A stretch of 61,192 bases of DNA from the NCBI GenBank assembly GCA_964412365.1, contig CAYPOI010000005.1, positions 1 to 61,192 on the forward strand. The letters are read 5' to 3'. Within the stretch, counting starts at the first letter, position 1. Each line of letters begins with the position of its first letter. Of this stretch, positions 57,386 to 61,192 are shown piece by piece. Source of the stretch: an uncultured Chitinophagales bacterium (GTDB lineage: Bacteria; Bacteroidota; Rhodothermia; Balneolales; HLUCCA01). Position numbers and translations under genes: made by a program. The notes beneath the pieces were generated by a model. That model saw only the letters and a program-made list of their open reading frames with translations, did no database searches and was not told the origin of the DNA.

Positions 57386-59037
57386 TTCTCGGTACGCTGA
57401 AACATCTGCTTCCCTCCGACCCACGTCTGCATTACCTGGATCTGATGGATTTCCTGCGCCGGAACCTCGAAATAGTCCCTATCGATGAGAATGAAATCGG
57501 CATATTTCCCGGCAGATAAACTTCCAGTCACATCGTCCATGTGTCCGGCATAGGCCGCATCCAAGGTGAAGGATTTCAGAGCTTCGGCGCGGCTCATCAG
57601 GTGTTCGGGGTACCATCCGCCCGGCGGATTCCCATCAAAATCCATCCGCGTGACCGCTGAATAGAGTCCGAAAAACGGATTCACCGCTTCCACTGGAAAA
57701 TCAGATCCCGATGCGATGATGGTGCCCTGGTCCATGTACGTCCGCCACGCATACGCGCCGCGGATGCGATGGATGCCGACGCGCGCTTCGGCCATGTTCA
57801 TATCGCTGGTGGCATGAGTCGGCTGCATGGACGCGATCAGGTCGAGGGATTTGAAGCGAGGGATGTCGGTCAAGGCCACGACCTGGGCATGCTCGATGCG
57901 GTGACGCATTCCGGATTTTCCACCTTGAGACGACAAGGAATCGAATGCATCCAACGCGGCGCGGTTCGCCATATCGCCGATGGCGTGGATGTTGATCTGA
58001 AATCCTTTGCCGCTGATTTTCTCGAACATCGGAATCAGCTGCTGTGTGGTGGAAAACAGCAAGCCGCGATTGCCTGGGTCGTCGGAATAATCTTCGATGA
58101 GGGCGGCGCCCCGGCTTCCGAGCGCGCCATCGCCATACAACTTTACCGAGCGCATGGTGAGCCTATGTTCAGCGTAGCCGATGACGGGTCCGTTTGCAGC
58201 GAGCGTATCGAAAATGGCTCCAGCCCCCGAAACCATCGCATAGATGCGGGTCGACAGGTAGCCGTTATCCGCGAAATCTTTGTACAAGGCCCAATCGGCG
58301 ACTCCGACCCCGGCATCATGCACGCCGGTGAGTCCATGTGAGGCAATGGAAGCCAGAGCTCGGCCCAGCGCTTCGCGGCGGGCGGCGGTGGTCGTGGCTG
58401 GGATGACGCGATCAACCAGGTACGATGCCCGGTCGATGAGTACGCCGCTCGCCGCGCCGGATGCATCGCGCAGGATGACGCCTCCATCCGGATTCTGGGT
58501 GTCGTTGGTGATGGAAGCGAGTTCTAGGGCACGGGAGTTCACCCACGTGGCGTGGCCATCGACGCGTTCGAGGGCGACAGGACGCTCGGGGAGGATGGCA
58601 TCAAGGTCCGCGGCCGTCGGAAAGGCGTTCTCTGGCCACAGCGTCTGGTTCCATCCCCTTCCCACAATCCATTCTTGATTCGGGTTCGCGTCGGCGAAGG
58701 CTTTGATGCGGGCCAAGGCTTCCTGTTTGGTGGATGCACCCATCAAGTCGACGGACATCAGCGCGCTTCCGAGTCCCATGATATGCGCATGGGCGTCGAT
58801 CAGGCCGGGAAGCAAGGTGAGTCCGCCTCCATCCCGACGAGGAAAATCATAGGTGTCAAGCAACGACTCGTCGCCCTTGGCCAGAACCTTGCCGTCTTGA
58901 ATGACAAGCACCGAAAACCGCTCCACCTGATTTCCATTGAGGTCATAACCGTTGACGTTGTGAATGATCTGATTGTCGTGAGTGGGTCCGGCACAGGCAC
59001 ATAGAAAACCGATGAACAAGACAAGGAAAAGACGCAT
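57382..59037 (-). CDS. amidohydrolase-3 family (YtcJ-like) metal-dependent hydrolase, lipoprotein
   Basis: I take the start at ATG 59037 (MRLFLVLFIGFLCAC, a lipobox). It has GLIDAHAHI, VKLYGDGALGSR, INIHAIGD, RIEHAQ and SGSDFPVE. Confidence 0.85.
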   Translation of the reverse strand: MRLFLVLFIGFLCACAGPTHDNQIIHNVNGYDLNGNQVERFSVLVIQDGKVLAKGDESLLDTYDFPRRDGGGLTLLPGLIDAHAHIMGLGSALMSVDLMGASTKQEALARIKAFADANPNQEWIVGRGWNQTLWPENAFPTAADLDAILPERPVALERVDGHATWVNSRALELASITNDTQNPDGGVILRDASGAASGVLIDRASYLVDRVIPATTTAARREALGRALASIASHGLTGVHDAGVGVADWALYKDFADNGYLSTRIYAMVSGAGAIFDTLAANGPVIGYAEHRLTMRSVKLYGDGALGSRGAALIEDYSDDPGNRGLLFSTTQQLIPMFEKISGKGFQINIHAIGDMANRAALDAFDSLSSQGGKSGMRHRIEHAQVVALTDIPRFKSLDLIASMQPTHATSDMNMAEARVGIHRIRGAYAWRTYMDQGTIIASGSDFPVEAVNPFFGLYSAVTRMDFDGNPPGGWYPEHLMSRAEALKSFTLDAAYAGHMDDVTGSLSAGKYADFILIDRDYFEVPAQEIHQIQVMQTWVGGKQMFQRTEK

Positions 59038-59093
59038 AATTGGCTTTGGTTTTGTGTAGCTTAAGGGCGAAAAATAGCACAATTTCCCGCATT

Positions 59094-59537
59094 ATGGATG
59101 ACCTGAGCATCGCCGAACTGTCACTGGAACAAGCCGATGAGATCCTGGATCTGAACCAACGGATCTTCGGCGAAACACGATTGGTGCAACACGTGGAGCA
59201 TCCAGGACTACTTGTGATCGGAGCTTATATGAAGGGGGAACTCGTCGGCTTCAAGGTCGGCTATCCGAAAGACCGCACCGTGTTTTATTCCGCCAAAGGA
59301 GCGGTGGACCCAGCCTGGCGCCGCAAAGGAGTGGCCCGGAAACTAATGCATTTCATGATGAGTCGGGTCTACTTGTCGGGTTTCGACACCCTTCAGTATC
59401 ACACCTTCCCGAACCGCGATCCTGGCATGCTCGTGATGGGCTTGCAAGAAGGCTTCAAAGTGATCGACGCACGGTACAATGCCGAATTCAAAGATTGGCA
59501 GGTGGAAATGAGTATAGCGTTGAAGGATGTAATGTGA
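59094..59537 (+). CDS. GNAT family N-acetyltransferase
   Basis: I take the start at ATG 59094 (MDDLSIAEL). The acetyl-CoA-binding motif is VDPAWRRKGVARKLM. Length is 147 aa. Confidence 0.8.
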   Translation: MDDLSIAELSLEQADEILDLNQRIFGETRLVQHVEHPGLLVIGAYMKGELVGFKVGYPKDRTVFYSAKGAVDPAWRRKGVARKLMHFMMSRVYLSGFDTLQYHTFPNRDPGMLVMGLQEGFKVIDARYNAEFKDWQVEMSIALKDVM

Positions 59538-59541
59538 TGAT

Positions 59542-59576
59542 GGTAGTTGGTAGTTGGTAATTGGTAGATGGTATTT
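59542..59576. repeat. heptamer tandem repeat, GGTAGTT-like x5
   Basis: The copies are GGTAGTT GGTAGTT GGTAATT GGTAGAT GGTATTT. The array starts 5 nt after the GNAT stop. Confidence 0.9.
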
Positions 59577-59639
59577 GGAAGGGAGAAGTAGGAAGATCTT
59601 GGCTTATTGGTACATATTTCAGTGTACAAGCCTTCATCA

Positions 59640-59679
59640 TTTCATCCTTTCATCCTTTCATCCTTTCATCCTTTCATCC
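59640..59679. repeat. octamer tandem repeat (TTTCATCC)x5
   Basis: There are five perfect copies, preceded by one degenerate copy (TTCATCA). The array ends 7 nt before the lipoprotein ATG at 59687. Confidence 0.95.
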
Positions 59680-59686
59680 TCCCCAA

Positions 59687-60388
59687 ATGAAATCCCACCT
59701 CGTTCTCATGCTGCTTCTTTCGAGTTGCGCCGTTCACAACCCGATGAGCGAGATGGTGATGTTCCAAAAAAAGGTGGAACGTGACGGAACCGTGAGGTAT
59801 GCCGGGTATGGTCATGCCTTCGTGGGAACCAGCATCGACAAGTATCCGATTTCTGGTGTGACCGACTACCTGAATCGAAAAAACGGCAGAACAAATGAGT
59901 ATGAGCATATGAAGGTGTCTTCATTGACGACCCATGCGATGATCATGGATCGCTCGAACCGTAATTTTGCATTATCTATCGCACTAGGATTTCCACTGGG
60001 TTTGGATCTGACCACCAAATTGACCCATTCCCTTTATGCGACCGGGTCTGTCGGTCTGAGTTGGTATAAACCTTTTAATTGGCAATTCATTCTGCAACGA
60101 CGGCTGCTTGATGGGAATCCGACCGGATTATCGATCGGTGCGATGGTGGTGAGTAACCATTTCAGTTATAGTGCAGAAAGACTACCCGATGAAGACTCAT
60201 GCAAATACTGCAAATCCCCATATATCTCAACCACATCGGTCGGAGTTCGAGGAGTGTTGGTAATGAGGATGGAACCCCAATATGAGACCACGGACCGTGT
60301 GTTCTTCTACGCAAACGCGGCTTACATGTACGACACCACGATGAAGCTTTGGTATCCGAAAGTGGGGTTCTCGATCGGGTTTTATTGA
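59687..60388 (+). CDS. hypothetical lipoprotein with beta-barrel-like C-terminus (233 aa)
   Basis: I take the start at ATG 59687 (MKSHLVLMLLLSSC, a lipobox) rather than TTG 59561. The sequence is beta-rich with alternating hydrophobicity and ends KVGFSIGFY (terminal aromatic). Confidence 0.65.
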   Translation: MKSHLVLMLLLSSCAVHNPMSEMVMFQKKVERDGTVRYAGYGHAFVGTSIDKYPISGVTDYLNRKNGRTNEYEHMKVSSLTTHAMIMDRSNRNFALSIALGFPLGLDLTTKLTHSLYATGSVGLSWYKPFNWQFILQRRLLDGNPTGLSIGAMVVSNHFSYSAERLPDEDSCKYCKSPYISTTSVGVRGVLVMRMEPQYETTDRVFFYANAAYMYDTTMKLWYPKVGFSIGFY

Positions 60389-60409
60389 GGGTTGAATTCT
60401 TAACGATTA

Positions 60410-60429
60410 CCCCCACCTTCAGGTGGGGG
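60410..60429 (+). terminator. GC hairpin after the lipoprotein gene
   Basis: The hairpin CCCCCACC-TTCA-GGTGGGGG has a perfect 8-bp stem and lies 22 nt after the stop codon. There is no clear T-tract. It sits between convergent genes. Confidence 0.45.
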
Positions 60430-60561
60430 CTCTTCAGACGAGGTATTGAGTCAATCAATGCGGTCGCAATTTCCGCCCGCATCCAGGCGGTATAAAAGTC
60501 TTGCCTCTCTTATCCACCCTTAACCCTTCCTACCGGCAGGCAGGCTCCCTGTTAAATCTTC

Positions 60562-60927
60562 TCAGACCCACCCTATCTCCGTAATCATCTGCCGCCCCTC
60601 CGGTAATTCCGGATCCGAGCCTAGCTTCAACTCCCCTCCCACTCTTGTCACGTGATAGTACAATTCGATCGCATGCCAGGGCAATTGGATGAATTCCTTC
60701 ACGTCGGCCAGTTCTCCGACATCGATCTCCAGCCCCGTCTCCTCACGAAACTCGCGCTTCAGCGCGTCCTCCAGGCGTTCTCCCAATTCCACGCCACCTC
60801 CCGGCGGCGCCCAAAAGGGCTCGGACGTGGTGCCGGGATCGATCCGCACCATCAACGTTTTTCCATCCTCAACCAACAAGCCGAGCACGCGAACCCTCAC
60901 GCGACCCGTGAAGGGATTCGCGCTCAT
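60562..60927 (-). CDS. NUDIX hydrolase (121 aa)
   Basis: The Nudix box is [25 protein letters not shown] take the start at ATG 60927 (MSANPFTG), an ATGA overlap with the pyrG stop. The longer track ORF runs into pyrG. Confidence 0.85.
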   Translation of the reverse strand: MSANPFTGRVRVRVLGLLVEDGKTLMVRIDPGTTSEPFWAPPGGGVELGERLEDALKREFREETGLEIDVGELADVKEFIQLPWHAIELYYHVTRVGGELKLGSDPELPEGRQMITEIGWV

Positions 60928-61192
60928 GCCTTTTCCGAGCGTTCGAGGGCCGCTTTCACAAAGCCGACGAACAACGGATGCGGTTTCGTGACGGTGCTTT
61001 TCAGCTCCGGGTGGAATTGAACCCCCACAAACCATGGATGCTCAGGTATTTCGACGATCTCGACCAATCCGCGATCCGGATTAAGTCCGGAAATCTTAAG
61101 TCCTTTGGATGTCAGCTTCTCACGGTATCCGTTGTTGAACTCATATCTGTGCCTGTGACGCTCGCTGATGTTCGCCGATCCGTAGGCGCGGA
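60924..61192 (-). CDS. pyrG: CTP synthase, C-terminal fragment (5' end outside the window)
   Basis: By hand translation it reads ...[80 protein letters not shown]-stop. This is the glutamine amidotransferase tail of PyrG. Confidence 0.88.
   Translation of the reverse strand, partial: RAYGSANISERHRHRYEFNNGYREKLTSKGLKISGLNPDRGLVEIVEIPEHPWFVGVQFHPELKSTVTKPHPLFVGFVKAALERSEKA

Noticed and set aside
60389-60561. A 173-nt spacer between convergent genes as a possible tRNA or small RNA locus (also the 238-nt spacer at 25392-25629)
   Set aside because: There is no cloverleaf-compatible arms or T-loop (GGTTCGAATCC-like) sequence. I saw only simple hairpins consistent with terminators. An sRNA cannot be excluded without expression data.
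1-61192. Mobile-element boundaries or defence systems
   Set aside because: No integrase, transposase, recombinase, toxin-antitoxin, restriction-modification or other recognisable defence gene was found in any frame. The inverted repeats seen have no coding capacity between them.

Overview
This is a 61.2-kb chromosomal segment. Gene content and architecture suggest an FCB-group Gram-negative bacterium (Bacteroidota / Rhodothermota / Balneolota-like). The taxon is inferred only from features such as a CarboxypepD_reg-type TonB receptor, bamA followed by skp/ompH paralogues, and the apparent lack of Shine-Dalgarno use. I call about 56 protein genes. I found no rRNA, tRNA, CRISPR array, transposase or integrase.

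Most of the window is housekeeping:
- ispG, dprA, obg, accD, tsaB, pyrC, xseA
- recA-recX, purN-purH
- a complete elongasome block, mreBCD-mrdA-rodA
- rnhB, bamA plus three skp/ompH, uppS, ribH, nadE, and the 3' end of pyrG

Two genes run off the window edges and are missing from the ORF track. I recovered both by hand translation: 1-3170 (minus strand) and pyrG at 60924-61192 (minus strand).

The one clearly accessory block is a roughly 7.3-kb minus-strand cluster at 18103-25391, between accD/tsaB and obg/dprA.
- It has five small signal-peptide proteins. Four share DUF4402/SCPU-like N- and C-terminal motifs, including a penultimate Tyr.
- It has a PapD-like periplasmic chaperone.
- It has a 1123-aa usher-like outer-membrane protein whose C-terminus carries three SPOR peptidoglycan-binding repeats.
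- Intrinsic terminators sit inside the cluster after subunit 1 and after subunit 5.
- I read this as a non-canonical (archaic/sigma-like) chaperone-usher fibre system with a cell-wall-tethered usher. It is my best candidate for an undescribed system.

Other points worth a second look:
- an Oar-like TonB-dependent receptor broken by a single in-frame TAA
- a family of intergenic elements built from 7-, 8- and 14-nt tandem repeats, including a 26-nt AT-rich motif shared 25/26 between the pilus-cluster upstream region and the pyrC/xseA spacer
- tandem rhomboid paralogues
- an AccD lacking all four zinc-ribbon cysteines

All functional calls come from motif recognition by eye. No database search was run.
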